Notes: a model not told the origin generated them from the letters alone. DNA of 64,000 bases from an uncultured delta proteobacterium (GCA_963736855.1 CAVTQK010000009.1:416001-480000), one strand, 5' to 3'; shown: positions 1-11,377, numbered from the stretch's first letter. Program-made: numbers and translations.

Positions 1-10
1 CCGGATCGAT

Positions 11-727
11 GTGTATGACAACCCGGGGGATTACCTCGCCTCCGGCATCGACGGCCTGGAAATGGTCGTACATGGCAACGGCCAAGATCAGATCGGCCAG
101 ATCATGAATAGCGGAAAGCTGGTGATCTACGGGGACGTGGGCCAGACCTTCATGTACGGTGCCAAAGGGGGAGAAGTCTACATCATGGGAAATGCCGCCG
201 GCCGCCCCCTCATCAATGCCGTAGGTTCTCCCAAAGTCGTCATCAACGGCACCTGCCTCGACTATCTGGCAGAATCCTTCATGGCCGGCGATCCTCTGAA
301 AGGAGGCGGCTTCGTGGTTTTAAACGGTATTCGGTTCAATGCAGTCGGAAAGATCGTCAACCACGATACCCCGTACCCCGGTTCCAATCTCTTCTCCTTG
401 GCCTCCGGTGGCGCCATCTATGTCCGGGATCCTTTCAAAAAAGTGGTCCCCGATCAACTCAACGGGGGCGAACTGGTAAGACTTTCACCCGAAGACTGGA
501 GATTGATCCTTCCGTTTTTGAAGGAAAATGAAAGGCTTTTCGGGATCTCCGTGGAAAACGACCTGCTGAAGGTCAACGGAGAAGCCAGGCCCTATCACGA
601 GGTTTATCGGAAGGTACAGGCGGTTCCCCTGGATGTTTTATCCAAGGCTCCCGTCTCCCTTGAAGAATGGGGAGAAGACTGGAAAGATGAGGTCGGCACC
701 GATCGTTTTCAGGTTGATTTAAATTAG
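11..727 (+). CDS. Glutamate synthase-like protein, C-terminal GXGXG beta-helix domain (5' part lies outside the window)
   Basis: Repeated GxGxG turns (GNGQDQIG, GDVGQTFMYGAKGG, GNAAGR, GTCLDYLAESFMAG, ASGGAIYVR) typical of the GltB_C/FwdC fold; frame appears open from the window edge. Confidence 0.8.
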   Translation: MYDNPGDYLASGIDGLEMVVHGNGQDQIGQIMNSGKLVIYGDVGQTFMYGAKGGEVYIMGNAAGRPLINAVGSPKVVINGTCLDYLAESFMAGDPLKGGGFVVLNGIRFNAVGKIVNHDTPYPGSNLFSLASGGAIYVRDPFKKVVPDQLNGGELVRLSPEDWRLILPFLKENERLFGISVENDLLKVNGEARPYHEVYRKVQAVPLDVLSKAPVSLEEWGEDWKDEVGTDRFQVDLN

Positions 728-828
728 GATTGTGTTATAAAGGGACAGCTCCGGAAAAACCTGCCTCCTTTTTCCAAAGCGGCAAAACTTTCAGTCAAAA
801 CAAAGAATTATTAGGTTTATTAGGATCC

Positions 829-1974
829 ATGAACGGACTTCTCGCACTGGAAGACGGCCGGACGTTCTCCTGCCGTTCCTTTACCGGACCCGGTGAGTGT
901 TCGGGCGAAATCGTTTTTAACACCAGCATGACAGGATACCAGGAGATCCTGACCGACCCGTCCTACCGGGGACAGATGGTCGCTATGACCTACCCCCTCA
1001 TCGGCAATTACGGAGTCAATCCGGAAGACGTGGAGTCGAATGGAATCCAGGTCAGTGGATTTTTTGTCCGGGAATATCAGCACCAATTTAGCAATTTCCG
1101 GGCTTCCGGTACATTGTCCGATTACCTTGCCGCCCAGGGCGTCCTTGGGATGGAAGGGATCGACACCCGGGCATTAACCCTGCACATCCGAAGCCGGGGG
1201 GCCATGCGCGCCGTGGTCTCCACAACCGATCCCGATCCGGCATCGCTGGTTCAAAAAGCAAAGGCCATACCCTCCATGGCCGGCTGTGATCTAGTTACCG
1301 GCGTTACCACCCAAAGACCTTATTTCTGGTTTCAAGGAAAATCAGTCCCTCTGCCCATGGGAGAAAAAGCCTTTCTCCCGGCGATCTGGGGGCCCAGAGA
1401 TGCCCGGTTTCGGGTCGTCGCCTTCGATTACGGCATTAAGTACAATATCTTAAGATCGCTGGAACATGTGGGGTGTCAGGTGCTGATTGTGCCGGCCGCA
1501 ACCCCGGCTGCCGCCATTCGGGACCTGGAACCTGACGGTATTTTCCTTTCCAACGGCCCCGGGGATCCGGAGCCGGTCACCTATGCCGTCAAAACCATTC
1601 AAAATCTCATGGGGTATCGTCCCATTTTTGGGATCTGTCTGGGGCATCAACTATTAGGACTGGCTTTGGGTGGTAAAACCTATAAATTGAAATTCGGCCA
1701 TCGGGGCGCCAACCAACCGGTAAAGAACCTGTTGTCGGGGCGTGTGGAAATCACATCACAGAATCACGGTTTTGCCGTGAACATCCAAACCCTCGAAAGC
1801 AAGGACATTGAAATAACCCACATCAACCTCAACGATAATACGCTGGAGGGATTTCGTCATCGAAAGCTTTCAGTCCTTGCGGTTCAATACCATCCGGAAG
1901 CATCTCCGGGGCCCCATGACGCCCGTTATCTCTTTGGTGTCTTCAAGGAGATGATGACACGAAATAAAGGGTAA
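829..1974 (+). CDS. carA: Carbamoyl-phosphate synthase small subunit
   Basis: GEIVFNTSMTGYQE..TDPSY, SNGPGDP, GICLGHQ, HPEASPGPHD motifs; ATG 829 chosen over the ORF start at 730. Confidence 0.97.
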   Translation: MNGLLALEDGRTFSCRSFTGPGECSGEIVFNTSMTGYQEILTDPSYRGQMVAMTYPLIGNYGVNPEDVESNGIQVSGFFVREYQHQFSNFRASGTLSDYLAAQGVLGMEGIDTRALTLHIRSRGAMRAVVSTTDPDPASLVQKAKAIPSMAGCDLVTGVTTQRPYFWFQGKSVPLPMGEKAFLPAIWGPRDARFRVVAFDYGIKYNILRSLEHVGCQVLIVPAATPAAAIRDLEPDGIFLSNGPGDPEPVTYAVKTIQNLMGYRPIFGICLGHQLLGLALGGKTYKLKFGHRGANQPVKNLLSGRVEITSQNHGFAVNIQTLESKDIEITHINLNDNTLEGFRHRKLSVLAVQYHPEASPGPHDARYLFGVFKEMMTRNKG

Positions 1975-2013
1975 AGATTTTTTCTCGAAAAGGCAGACAT
2001 CGAACTTACGCAT

Positions 2014-5000
2014 ATGCCTAAACGCACCGACATCGAAAAAATACTGATCATCGGCGCCGGCCCCATCATCATCAGCCAGGCCTGCGAGTTCGACTATTCG
2101 GGGACCCAGGCCTGCAAGGCGCTCATGGAGGAAGGGTACCGAATCACCCTGATCAACAGCAATCCGGCCACCATCATGACCGACCCGGAAATGGCACATC
2201 GCACCTATGTGGAACCCATCACCCCTGAAATGGTTACTAAAATCATCGAAAAGGAGCGGCCGGACGCGCTGTTGCCCACTCTTGGCGGACAGACCGGTCT
2301 CAACACGGCCATCCGTGTCGCCCGAATGGGTGTTTTGGATCGATTCGGCGTGGAGATGATCGGAGCATCGGTGGCCTCCATCCAGAAGGCCGAGGATCGG
2401 GACCTGTTTCGCAAATCCATGGAACGGATCGGGCTTCGGATACCCAAAAGCGGGATCGCCATCCAAACTCAGCAATGTTTCGATATTGCCGAAAAGATCG
2501 GTTTCCCCATCATCCTGCGACCCAGCTTCACTTTAGGCGGGACTGGCGGCGGCATCGCCTATAATTTCGAAGACCTGGAAAACCTTGCCAAAGCCGGGTT
2601 GGATGCCAGCCTCATCGGCCAGATCATGCTGGAAGAGTCGGTCCTGGGGTGGAAAGAATATGAACTGGAGGTCATGCGGGATAAAAACGACAACGTGGTC
2701 ATCGTCTGCTCCATTGAAAACCTGGATCCCATGGGGATCCACACCGGCGACAGCATCACCGTCGCGCCTGCGCAGACCCTGAGCGATAAAGAGTATCAGG
2801 AGATGCGGGACGCTTCCATCGCGATCATGCGGGAGATCGGAGTGGACACGGGGGGTTCCAACGTCCAGTTTGCCGTCAATCCGAAAAATGGGGAAATGGT
2901 GGTGGTGGAAATGAACCCCAGGGTCTCCCGGAGCAGCGCGCTGGCTTCCAAAGCCACCGGCTTTCCCATCGCCAAGATCGCTGCAAAGCTGGCGGTGGGG
3001 TACACCCTCGATGAGATTCCCAATGACATCACCGGAGAAACACTGGCCTCCTTCGAGCCGACCCTGGATTATTGCGTGGTGAAAATTCCCCGATGGACCT
3101 TTGAAAAATTCCCGGAAACGCAAGATCTTTTGACCACCTCCATGAAATCCGTGGGAGAAACCATGGCCATCGGCCGAACCTTCAAAGAAGCCCTGCAAAA
3201 AGGTATCCGGTCTCTGGAAATCGGCCGTTTTGGACTCGGAGCCGACGGAAAGGATCCTGAGTGGATTCATTCAGATCCCGTTGGTGAAGCTGCGAAAAAG
3301 GCGATTCGGGACGAAATCGAACAAAAATTGGTCATCCCCAACTCCAAGCGTCTTTTCTATCTCCGATATGCAATGGAAAAGGGATTCTCCATCTCTACTC
3401 TGTACGAACTGACCCGGATCGATCCATGGTTTTTATACCAGATCGAACAAATTGTCTCCCTGGAAAAGCGCCTTAAAAATGAGGGCCGCCTCCAACCGAA
3501 TTCCGGACCAAATGAAGCCTTTTTCACCCCGGAGCTTCTCCGGGAGGCAAAATCTTTCGGATTTTCAGATATCCAGCTTGCCCAATTATCCGGTCTCGAT
3601 GAGGACCGGATCCGACAGATTCGCAAACGCTGGGGTATCACCCCCGTCTTCAAGCTCGTCGATACCTGCGCGGCTGAATTTCAGGCCGCCACGCCCTATT
3701 TTTACTCCACGTATGATATGGAAGACGAGGCGAGGGTTTCCGATAGAAAAAAGGTGATGATCCTGGGGGGTGGTCCCAACCGCATCGGTCAGGGGATCGA
3801 GTTTGATTATTGCTGCGTACATGCGTCTTTTGCTCTCCGGGAAGAAGGATTCGAAAGCATCATGGTCAACAGCAATCCCGAAACCGTGAGCACCGATTAC
3901 GATACTTCGGACAAGCTCTATTTCGAACCGCTGACCCGAGAAGATGTCCTTAACATCATCGATAAAGAAAAGCCCTTGGGTGTCATTGTCCAGTTCGGAG
4001 GACAGACGCCGCTCAACCTTTCCGAGCCGCTCTTTAATGCCGGCGTCCCCATCCTGGGTACCCAGCCGGAGAGCATCGACCGGGCCGAGGACCGAAAGCT
4101 CTTCCAGGAGATGTTGCGCAAATTATCCTTGACTCAGCCGGCGAATGGGACCGCCATGTCTGTAAACGAGGCGATAACCGTGGCGGAGACCATCGGGTAT
4201 CCCGTCATCGTCCGGCCTTCCTATGTCCTGGGAGGCAGGGCCATGAAAATCGTGTACGAACGGGAAAGCCTGGAGGCTTTTGCACACCTGGCTCTTGTGG
4301 AATCTTTCGGACATCCTATTCTCATCGACCAGTTCCTGGAAGACGCCATCGAGGTTGATGTAGATGCTCTTTCAGACGGAAAAGATACGGTCATCGGCGG
4401 CATCATGGAACACATCGAAGAGGCCGGAGTACACTCCGGAGATTCGGCTTGCGTATTGCCCCCCTATAGCCTCCCCGCCGCTCTCCAGGATGAAATCGTA
4501 AAGGCCACCAAGGCCTTAACCGCTGAACTCCATGTCGTCGGGCTCATGAACGTTCAGTATGCCATCAAAGACAACCGGTTGTTTGTCCTGGAAGTCAACC
4601 CGAGGGCTTCCCGGACCGTCCCTTTTGTGAGCAAGGCCACCGGTGTCCCTCTGGCAAAATTGGCCACCAAGGTGATGCTCGGAAAGACACTGCGGGACCT
4701 GGGCTTGACCCAGGAGATCATCCCTTCCCATGTTTCGGTCAAAGAGGCGGTCTTTCCCTTTGATCGGTTTCCGGACGTGGACACCCTCCTCGGTCCGGAG
4801 ATGAAATCCACCGGCGAGGTGATGGGCCTCGATATCGATTTCGGGTCCGCCTATGCCAAAGCCCAATTGGGCGCGGGACAAAAACTCCCTCTTTCGGGAA
4901 CAGTATTTATCAGCGTGAAAAACCGGGACAAGGCATCGGTACTTCCTTTGGCCAAGCGGTTTTTGGCCTTGGGATTCGATATCATTGCCACCCGGGGTAC

Positions 5001-5316
5001 TGCTCGTCTTCTGGCGGAAAATGGAATTGCCGCCCGTCGGATTTCCAAAGTCTCCATGGGGCGTCCCCATGTGGTGGATGCCGTCAAAAACGGGGAAATC
5101 CAGCTCATCATCAACACGGGAATCGGGGGGGATACCCGGCGAGACGGCTACATCATCCGTCGAAACGCCCTCAAATACAACATCCCATATGCCACCACCA
5201 TCGCCGGAGCGATTGCCATCAGCAGGGGGATCGAAATGATGATTCAAAAGGAACTGTCCGTCAAGGCATTGCAAGACTACCACCTCGAGATTTCTAAGGG
5301 AGGCGCAGCCAATTGA
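2014..5316 (+). CDS. carB: Carbamoyl-phosphate synthase large subunit
   Basis: MPKRTDI N-terminus, EFDYSGTQA, two ATP-grasp halves, C-terminal MGS domain. Confidence 0.98.
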   Translation: MPKRTDIEKILIIGAGPIIISQACEFDYSGTQACKALMEEGYRITLINSNPATIMTDPEMAHRTYVEPITPEMVTKIIEKERPDALLPTLGGQTGLNTAIRVARMGVLDRFGVEMIGASVASIQKAEDRDLFRKSMERIGLRIPKSGIAIQTQQCFDIAEKIGFPIILRPSFTLGGTGGGIAYNFEDLENLAKAGLDASLIGQIMLEESVLGWKEYELEVMRDKNDNVVIVCSIENLDPMGIHTGDSITVAPAQTLSDKEYQEMRDASIAIMREIGVDTGGSNVQFAVNPKNGEMVVVEMNPRVSRSSALASKATGFPIAKIAAKLAVGYTLDEIPNDITGETLASFEPTLDYCVVKIPRWTFEKFPETQDLLTTSMKSVGETMAIGRTFKEALQKGIRSLEIGRFGLGADGKDPEWIHSDPVGEAAKKAIRDEIEQKLVIPNSKRLFYLRYAMEKGFSISTLYELTRIDPWFLYQIEQIVSLEKRLKNEGRLQPNSGPNEAFFTPELLREAKSFGFSDIQLAQLSGLDEDRIRQIRKRWGITPVFKLVDTCAAEFQAATPYFYSTYDMEDEARVSDRKKVMILGGGPNRIGQGIEFDYCCVHASFALREEGFESIMVNSNPETVSTDYDTSDKLYFEPLTREDVLNIIDKEKPLGVIVQFGGQTPLNLSEPLFNAGVPILGTQPESIDRAEDRKLFQEMLRKLSLTQPANGTAMSVNEAITVAETIGYPVIVRPSYVLGGRAMKIVYERESLEAFAHLALVESFGHPILIDQFLEDAIEVDVDALSDGKDTVIGGIMEHIEEAGVHSGDSACVLPPYSLPAALQDEIVKATKALTAELHVVGLMNVQYAIKDNRLFVLEVNPRASRTVPFVSKATGVPLAKLATKVMLGKTLRDLGLTQEIIPSHVSVKEAVFPFDRFPDVDTLLGPEMKSTGEVMGLDIDFGSAYAKAQLGAGQKLPLSGTVFISVKNRDKASVLPLAKRFLALGFDIIATRGTARLLAENGIAARRISKVSMGRPHVVDAVKNGEIQLIINTGIGGDTRRDGYIIRRNALKYNIPYATTIAGAIAISRGIEMMIQKELSVKALQDYHLEISKGGAAN

Positions 5317-6761
5317 CTCCAATCGATTCGATAGTCAAAGAGGATCTTTTCTCGCCCTTCAAAGGGCCCAGGGAAGCCTGCGGCCTCTTCGGTATTTTCG
5401 GTCATCCCGATGCTTCGAAGCTTACCTATTTCGGCCTGTATGCCCTCCAACATCGAGGGCAGGAAAGCGCGGGTATCTGCGTCGCAGGCGATCAGGGTAT
5501 CGTCACCCACAAGGGAATGGGTCTGGTCCCTGATGTCTTTGACATGGCGCTTCTGGAACAATTGAAAGGAGAATGCGCCATCGGCCATGTGCGCTACTCC
5601 ACCACAGGAAGCTCAATTCTGGTCAATGCCCAGCCCTTCATGGTCCGGCATCGCAATCGATCCTACGCGGTGGCCCACAACGGGAATCTCGTCAACGCCC
5701 ATCGGCTGAAAAGCGAACTGGAGGAAAGCGGGTCCATTTTCCAGACCACCATGGACAGCGAGATTTTCCTCCACCTTTTTGTCAAGAACCTCAAACATGG
5801 ATTCGAAGGAGCGCTGATCAAGACACTCAAACGTCTGGAGGGTGCATATTCCTTCGTGGTCTTGACCAGCAACGGCGAAGTGATCGGCATCAAGGATCCC
5901 AACGGCTTCAGGCCCCTTTGCCTGGGAAAGGCCAACGGCGCCTTCGTGCTGGCCTCAGAATCATGCGCCCTGGACCTGGTTCAGGCCGAGTATATCCGGG
6001 AACTCGATCCCGGAGAGATCGTGATCATCGGAAAAGACGGGGTCAAAAGCATCCAGACGACACCGGCGGAAAATCGCTCTTTCTGTATTTTCGAATTCAT
6101 CTACTTCGCGCGACCGGACAGCAACATCTACGGACAAAACGTCTACCAGGTCCGTAAGGCCCACGGCGTCCGGCTGGCCAAAGAAGCCCCTGTGGACGCC
6201 GATCTGGTGATGCCCTTTCCGGACTCCGGTACCTATGCCGCCATCGGGTATGCCGAAGCCTCGGGAATCCCGTTTGAGTTAGGTATGATCCGGAATCATT
6301 ACGTCGGCAGGACCTTTATTCAGCCCACCCAGAGCATGCGGGATTTCGGCGTTCGGGTAAAATTGAACCCCATTAAAGAGTTGCTGACCGGCAAGGAGAT
6401 CGTCATCATCGAGGATTCCATTATCCGAGGAACCACTGCGAAAACGCGCGTGAAGGCGCTACGGGAGCTGGGCGTCAAGAAGATTCATATGCGGGTGGCA
6501 GGTCCTCCACACCGTTTCCCCTGCCATTACGGCATCGATTTTTCCACCAAGGGAGAATTGATCGCGGCCTCCAAATCCATCAAGGAGCTGACGCAATACC
6601 TGGGACTCGATTCCCTGTACTATCTCAGCCTGAAAGGGCTGCTGGAAGCCACCGGCGTTGAAGACCCTGAAACCCATTTCTGCAAGGCCTGTTTTGACGG
6701 GTGCTACCCGGTCACATTCGATACGGATGTCTCCAAGGATTGTCTCGAAAAGGGCCTGTAG
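5313..6761 (+). CDS. purF: Amidophosphoribosyltransferase, propeptide/[4Fe-4S] (Bacillus-like) type
   Basis: REACGLFG (catalytic Cys after a propeptide), [30 protein letters not shown]. Confidence 0.96.
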   Translation: MTPIDSIVKEDLFSPFKGPREACGLFGIFGHPDASKLTYFGLYALQHRGQESAGICVAGDQGIVTHKGMGLVPDVFDMALLEQLKGECAIGHVRYSTTGSSILVNAQPFMVRHRNRSYAVAHNGNLVNAHRLKSELEESGSIFQTTMDSEIFLHLFVKNLKHGFEGALIKTLKRLEGAYSFVVLTSNGEVIGIKDPNGFRPLCLGKANGAFVLASESCALDLVQAEYIRELDPGEIVIIGKDGVKSIQTTPAENRSFCIFEFIYFARPDSNIYGQNVYQVRKAHGVRLAKEAPVDADLVMPFPDSGTYAAIGYAEASGIPFELGMIRNHYVGRTFIQPTQSMRDFGVRVKLNPIKELLTGKEIVIIEDSIIRGTTAKTRVKALRELGVKKIHMRVAGPPHRFPCHYGIDFSTKGELIAASKSIKELTQYLGLDSLYYLSLKGLLEATGVEDPETHFCKACFDGCYPVTFDTDVSKDCLEKGL

Positions 6762-6778
6762 GATTTCGGAGCAAAACC

Positions 6779-7774
6779 ATGAAAAAAACGGTTTCCTTTT
6801 CAAAAGATGCCACCAACGTGTTCTTCCATATCCTGACTCGCTGTAATCTGAAATGCCGCCATTGTTATATCAATTACAAACAACATGGGAAAAAAATTCT
6901 TCCTATAGAGACCATCCGAAGCTGGCTTGCGGAAATGGCCGGCCTCTCAAAACACAGCAACCTGATCTTCCTTGGCGGGGAACCCACCCTGCACCCCGAT
7001 CTTGCTGCTGCCGTTAAAGCGGCCAAAGAGATGGGGTATGCCTCCATCACCATCGATACGAACGGGTACCTTTTTCATAACATACTGGAAAAGGTAACTC
7101 CCGATTCGGTGGATTACTTCAGCTTCAGTCTCGACGGCACCGGGCCGGACACCAACGACTCCATCCGCGGAAAAGGATCCTTTAAGGCATGTATCGGCGG
7201 TATCCGAAAAGCCGTTGCCCGGGGATTTCAAACCAGCCTGATTTATACCGTCAGCCGAGCCAATATCCACGAGCTCCACCGGATGCCTCCTCTCCTGACG
7301 GATCTGAAGGTCGACCGATTTTTCATCCAGGTCATCGGCCTTCGAGGAAAAGCCGGCACCCAAAACGCCGGCTGCATGCCGGTTACCCGAAAGGAGTGGC
7401 TCAATACAATTCCCGAAATTGCCCGGATCACTGCCGCATCCGGTATCCGGGCCATTTATCCGAAAGTTTATCTGACTCCCGATGAACCCTTTGCATGTGC
7501 CGGCATGGTGGCGAATAATTACTTTCTCTTTCCCAACGGCCGCGTCTATCGTTGCCCCTTATGCGAAGATTATCCGATCCACAGCCTGCTATTCCAAAAG
7601 GATAAGCTGATCGCTATGCCCAGCATCAACGAGACCGACCTTTTTAATTTAACGATACCGGAAGGGTGTGTGATGAACAAGTTGGTTCAGCCGAAAACCC
7701 TCGACTATGAACCCGACGGATCGCCAACATACCGGATCGCCTGCTGCCTGCTCAAAGAAGAGATTCAGCGCTGA
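6779..7774 (+). CDS. Radical SAM protein with Cys-rich C-terminal extension
   Basis: CNLKCRHC (CxxxCxxC), GGEP, SLDG; C-terminal CPLC/GCV/ACC. Confidence 0.88.
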   Translation: MKKTVSFSKDATNVFFHILTRCNLKCRHCYINYKQHGKKILPIETIRSWLAEMAGLSKHSNLIFLGGEPTLHPDLAAAVKAAKEMGYASITIDTNGYLFHNILEKVTPDSVDYFSFSLDGTGPDTNDSIRGKGSFKACIGGIRKAVARGFQTSLIYTVSRANIHELHRMPPLLTDLKVDRFFIQVIGLRGKAGTQNAGCMPVTRKEWLNTIPEIARITAASGIRAIYPKVYLTPDEPFACAGMVANNYFLFPNGRVYRCPLCEDYPIHSLLFQKDKLIAMPSINETDLFNLTIPEGCVMNKLVQPKTLDYEPDGSPTYRIACCLLKEEIQR

Positions 7775-8988
7775 AACTCATAGAGCTGCGTCAAGTTATC
7801 GACGGGCGAGATGAAGCCGCCCGGTCCGACCTGTGAAAAGTAAACCAGGTTGGAACCCTGGTGGCTGCCCGGGCTGAATGAAAAAGAAAAGCCCCCAAGA
7901 TCCACCTTCGCCTGTTTTTCGGCTGTTTCGATGAATCCCTCCCGGGTGATGGGCTCGGGCGTTTCAGACAAAATCTTGCACAATGCCTTAGCCGCAATAA
8001 ACCCTTCCATACCGACAAAGCCGGGGTCCACTTCAGGTACATGCGCTCGAGTCATCTTGTGATAATCCGACACGACCGGAATCTTTTTGTTGAAAGGATA
8101 AGGCACAACCTGAGTCACCACCACACCCAGCCCCATGTTGGCCAAGGTTATCGCCAGGGCATCAGATCCAACAAAGGAGACATTGAGAAAAAAGGGATTG
8201 CTTCCCTTTTCCCTCATAAGCTTGATGAACTGCGCACAGGGTGCATAAGCGCCGATCATGACGATCGCCTCCGGCTTGGTCTCGAGCATGAGTTTCACGC
8301 CGGATTCCACTTCCAGGGTATTCCGGGGATAGGTCGCCTCGTTGACCATGGACATGCCCCTTCTTGCAAGGGCCAGTTTCGTACCTTCCAGGCCAGCCTT
8401 TCCATATGTATCATCCTGATAAAATACGGAAATGCGTTTGACACCCTTATCCTTTACCAGCCGATCCACCATGGCTTCGGTTTCCTGGTAGTAACTGGCA
8501 CGGATATTGAGGACATAGCGGTTGACCGGGTTTCTTAAGAATTCGGCGCCTGTGAACGGGGCAAAAAACGGCACATTTTTCTTTGTTGCGATGGGTACGG
8601 CCGCAGTCGCTGTAGGCGTGCCCACGTAGCCGAACAATAAAAATACCAGGTCCTGATCGATCAACCGGTTCGTGTTGGTGGCACACGCCTCCGGCTCGTA
8701 TCCGTCATCGTGACTGACGAGGCGGATTTTTCTCCCGTTGATGCCTCCTTTACTGTTGAGTTCCTTGAAGTAGGCCAGCGCGCCATCCCTCATGCCTAGC
8801 CCAAGAGCCTTGGTCGGGCCGGTGAGTGCACACGACTGTCCCAACACAATCTCGGTTTCTGTAATGCCGAGAGATGCCGCCGCTGAAAGATGGGGCCATA
8901 AAAGGACCCCGATCAGGGCGATGAGCAACAACGAACTGGTGAGGATGTAACTACGCTTTTCCGATCCCTTAAAACTTGTCTTCATCAT
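7765..8988 (-). CDS. Periplasmic ligand-binding protein, type I (LivJ-like ABC substrate-binding family)
   Basis: N-terminal hydrophobic signal, GQSCALTG, GGINGRKIRL..DDGYEP, VGTPT, IRASY..E. Confidence 0.88.
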   Translation of the reverse strand: MMKTSFKGSEKRSYILTSSLLLIALIGVLLWPHLSAAASLGITETEIVLGQSCALTGPTKALGLGMRDGALAYFKELNSKGGINGRKIRLVSHDDGYEPEACATNTNRLIDQDLVFLLFGYVGTPTATAAVPIATKKNVPFFAPFTGAEFLRNPVNRYVLNIRASYYQETEAMVDRLVKDKGVKRISVFYQDDTYGKAGLEGTKLALARRGMSMVNEATYPRNTLEVESGVKLMLETKPEAIVMIGAYAPCAQFIKLMREKGSNPFFLNVSFVGSDALAITLANMGLGVVVTQVVPYPFNKKIPVVSDYHKMTRAHVPEVDPGFVGMEGFIAAKALCKILSETPEPITREGFIETAEKQAKVDLGGFSFSFSPGSHQGSNLVYFSQVGPGGFISPVDNLTQLYEFQR

Positions 8989-9234
8989 TTAACATTTCCT
9001 CCTTTCTGGAATAGTTTATCATTTCCTGAAGGAAAAAATGGGTCGTTATTTGAGAAAGCTTGATTTATTAAAGCGAATAGCTTTGCTTTATTTTTTGTTG
9101 TATTGATCGTGATGCGATCATTTCAAGCCATACCGGTCGGAAGGAGGCCGGTCGCCGGACTTTTTAGCAATAATAGCAGCTTGCAGCTGTAAATGCAATA
9201 TGTTGGAAGTTATCCATGTTCTTATGTCCTACTA

Positions 9235-9300
9235 TTCAAGCCAGAAAGCTCTACATAAACGAAATGGATCAAACAACACCTTCGTATTTAAGGTTCTTTG
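9235..9300 (+). mobile_element. IS4-family transposase remnant (internally deleted)
   Basis: Encodes IQARKLY joined to KWIKQHLRI; same pieces occur in the longer copy at 11378-11770. Confidence 0.65.
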
Positions 9301-9304
9301 AAAA

Positions 9305-9529
9305 TTTCGATCCATTCCGGTTAGTAACAGAATCCTCTTGATCTGACACATGACATCTGAGCGGTGATTGATGATCTGCCACCGGGTCCTGAGTATTTGT
9401 CGGTGCGCCCGATTTTCAGGTGAGTGGACCCACACTCTTTTGAGCATATTGCTCTCAAGAAGCCTGGCAAATTTTAGGCTGTCATTTTTGTCCGTCTTGA
9501 CCTTGCTCCAGCTCTGGGTGGGTATCAGG
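9305..9529 (-). mobile_element. IS110-family transposase fragment, copy 1
   Basis: LIPTQS..KVKTDKNDSLKFARLL..RAHRQILRTR (KTDxxD motif region). Confidence 0.75.
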
Positions 9530-9572
9530 AGAAAGAAGGCGGGAGAGGATGACAGTGTGCCGGCGTTGATGG
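9530..9572 (+). mobile_element. IS91-family transposase fragment (RKKAGEDDSVPALM)
   Basis: Near-identical to 13111-13153, which is contiguous with an IS91-type C-terminus. Confidence 0.65.
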
Positions 9573-9741
9573 CGGCCACGCCGGTCGGGGCCGTCACCAC
9601 CAGCCGCTTGTGGTTCTTTTTCTTGATGGCATGGAGAAAAATGGTCTTTCCGGTGCCGGCCTTGCCCGTCAGAAAGATGTTGCAGCTGGTATGCTGGATA
9701 AACTCTTCGGCCAGCTGGAGTTCGGGATTTAAAATGTTCAT
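9559..9741 (-). pseudogene. 5' fragment (~61 codons) of a PIF1/RecD-like helicase
   Basis: NIFLTGKAGTGKT (Walker A) and APTGVAAINAG (motif Ia), truncated immediately afterwards. Confidence 0.85.
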
Positions 9742-9871
9742 GGGACTGTTTCCTAAGCCGTCGAAACCGGAGATGAAATCGGAAAGTTTAGAGTTAAGGT
9801 ATTCCGCCTGTTGCAAACATACACCTTTTTTGGTGGATGCTAATGATAAAAGGTCCAATCTATAAGAAAGA

Positions 9872-11050
9872 TCACTGCACCGCTTTCAGGGCCCCTTTCC
9901 AGTGGCCGGCGATCCAGTACAGCGCCCCGAGGATCACCAGACCGCTGCCGAAGGCCAGCAAACCGATGACGCGGATGCGACTAGACCACTCCATGGAGAT
10001 GGCCGCCATGGCGCCGGCGCCGGCCACGAAGTAAAGAAAGATCATCAGCGACGAGGCCGTGCCGACATCCTGGGATACCTGTTCCAGCACCAGATTGTTG
10101 CTCAATGGCCTGGTCAGGCCGACACAGTAGGTGACCAGGAACATGGAGAAGGCAAAGGGCAGGGGCCCTTTAGGACCGATGAGCCAGATGCCCAGACCGC
10201 CGGCGGCCATTGCGGCGAAGCCCGCCTGCAGGAGGGGCCAGCCCGGCATGCGGCGGGCCAGGCGGCTGCAAGTGAAGGCACCGATCATGATGGCCAGGGC
10301 GTTGCCGCCGAAGAAGAGACCGAACATCTGGGCGTCCATGTGAAAATGAGTGATGTAGATGGCAGGCGATCCGGCGATGAAGGCGAAGACCGGCGTCATG
10401 ACCAGCGCCATCAGCACACTGATGGTGATGAAGCGTCTATTTTTGAACAGGCCCAGGTAGCGCCCCGGAATCTGTCTGAAGGTGGCTGGCACCTTGTTTT
10501 GCAGGGGTTCGGGCATGCGCAGGACGCCGATCCAGGCAAGCACCCCCCAAGCGGCCTGGATGAAAAAAATCCAGCGCCAGTTCAACCATTTGAGCACCCA
10601 CCCGCCTATCACGGGCGCCAGCATGGGCGCCAGGGCCACGATCACCCCCAGGTGTGCCAGCAGTTGCTGCCGCTCGCGGGCCAGGAAGAGATCCTTGGCG
10701 ATGGCCATGCAGAGCGCCGAGGCCGAAGCGGCGCCAAGCGCCTGTAGAATGCGAAACACGATCAGGCATCCCACACCATGGGCCGTGCCGCACAAGATGC
10801 TGGCGAGGATATAGACGGCGATCCCGGCCAGCAGCAAGGGGCGGCGACCGAAGCTGTCGGACACCGGGCCGTAGGCCAGCAGCGCGAAGCTGAAGAAGAC
10901 GAAGAAAAGGACCAGGGTCAGATTGATGGTGGAGAGGTCCGCACCCCAGGCGGTCTGCAGCATGGGCAGGGCCGGCAGATACATATCCGTGGATATGGGC
11001 GGGAATGCGGCCAACAGGGAAAGAAGCAGTAGTATGCGCGTATAGGGCAT
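9872..11050 (-). CDS. Bcr/CflA-family multidrug MFS exporter (DHA1)
   Basis: STDMYLPALP, GPVSDSFGRRP, FRILQALG, APMLAPVIGG; start at MPYT inferred. Confidence 0.92.
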   Translation of the reverse strand: MPYTRILLLLSLLAAFPPISTDMYLPALPMLQTAWGADLSTINLTLVLFFVFFSFALLAYGPVSDSFGRRPLLLAGIAVYILASILCGTAHGVGCLIVFRILQALGAASASALCMAIAKDLFLARERQQLLAHLGVIVALAPMLAPVIGGWVLKWLNWRWIFFIQAAWGVLAWIGVLRMPEPLQNKVPATFRQIPGRYLGLFKNRRFITISVLMALVMTPVFAFIAGSPAIYITHFHMDAQMFGLFFGGNALAIMIGAFTCSRLARRMPGWPLLQAGFAAMAAGGLGIWLIGPKGPLPFAFSMFLVTYCVGLTRPLSNNLVLEQVSQDVGTASSLMIFLYFVAGAGAMAAISMEWSSRIRVIGLLAFGSGLVILGALYWIAGHWKGALKAVQ

Positions 11051-11257
11051 CGCCGAAGTTCCGGTTTCGAGGGTCACGTTCAAACGTCTTTCATACGCCA
11101 TTTGCGATCGCGCCACGAGGATGCTGGCCGCATTTTTCAGGGCGATCGCGGATTGTTGCCGATTCAAACGCCGTCGCATGATATTCCGAGAATGTTAATA
11201 CAGGCCTTTTCGTCCTGCGGCAAGAGATCCCACACTTGATAAATTCCAAAGAACTAT

Positions 11258-11340
11258 GAGGTGATTTCAAAACGTCCCCTCGGGTTCAATATCTGCATTG
11301 GGGCGAGGCGTCCAATCCTCGAAATACGTGTATGGTATTC
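11258..11340. repeat. Possible partial intergenic MITE-like repeat
   Basis: tttcaaaacgtcc...caatcctcgaaatac...tattc resembles, from memory, a dispersed repeat of Desulfobacterales; only one partial copy here. Confidence 0.3.
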
Positions 11341-11377
11341 ATTCATCGAAAAAAGCCCATCTCGTCATTGGCTGATA

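Noticed and set aside
9232..9858. Functional 208-aa helicase
   Set aside because: Only about 61 codons are helicase; the rest is IS-derived
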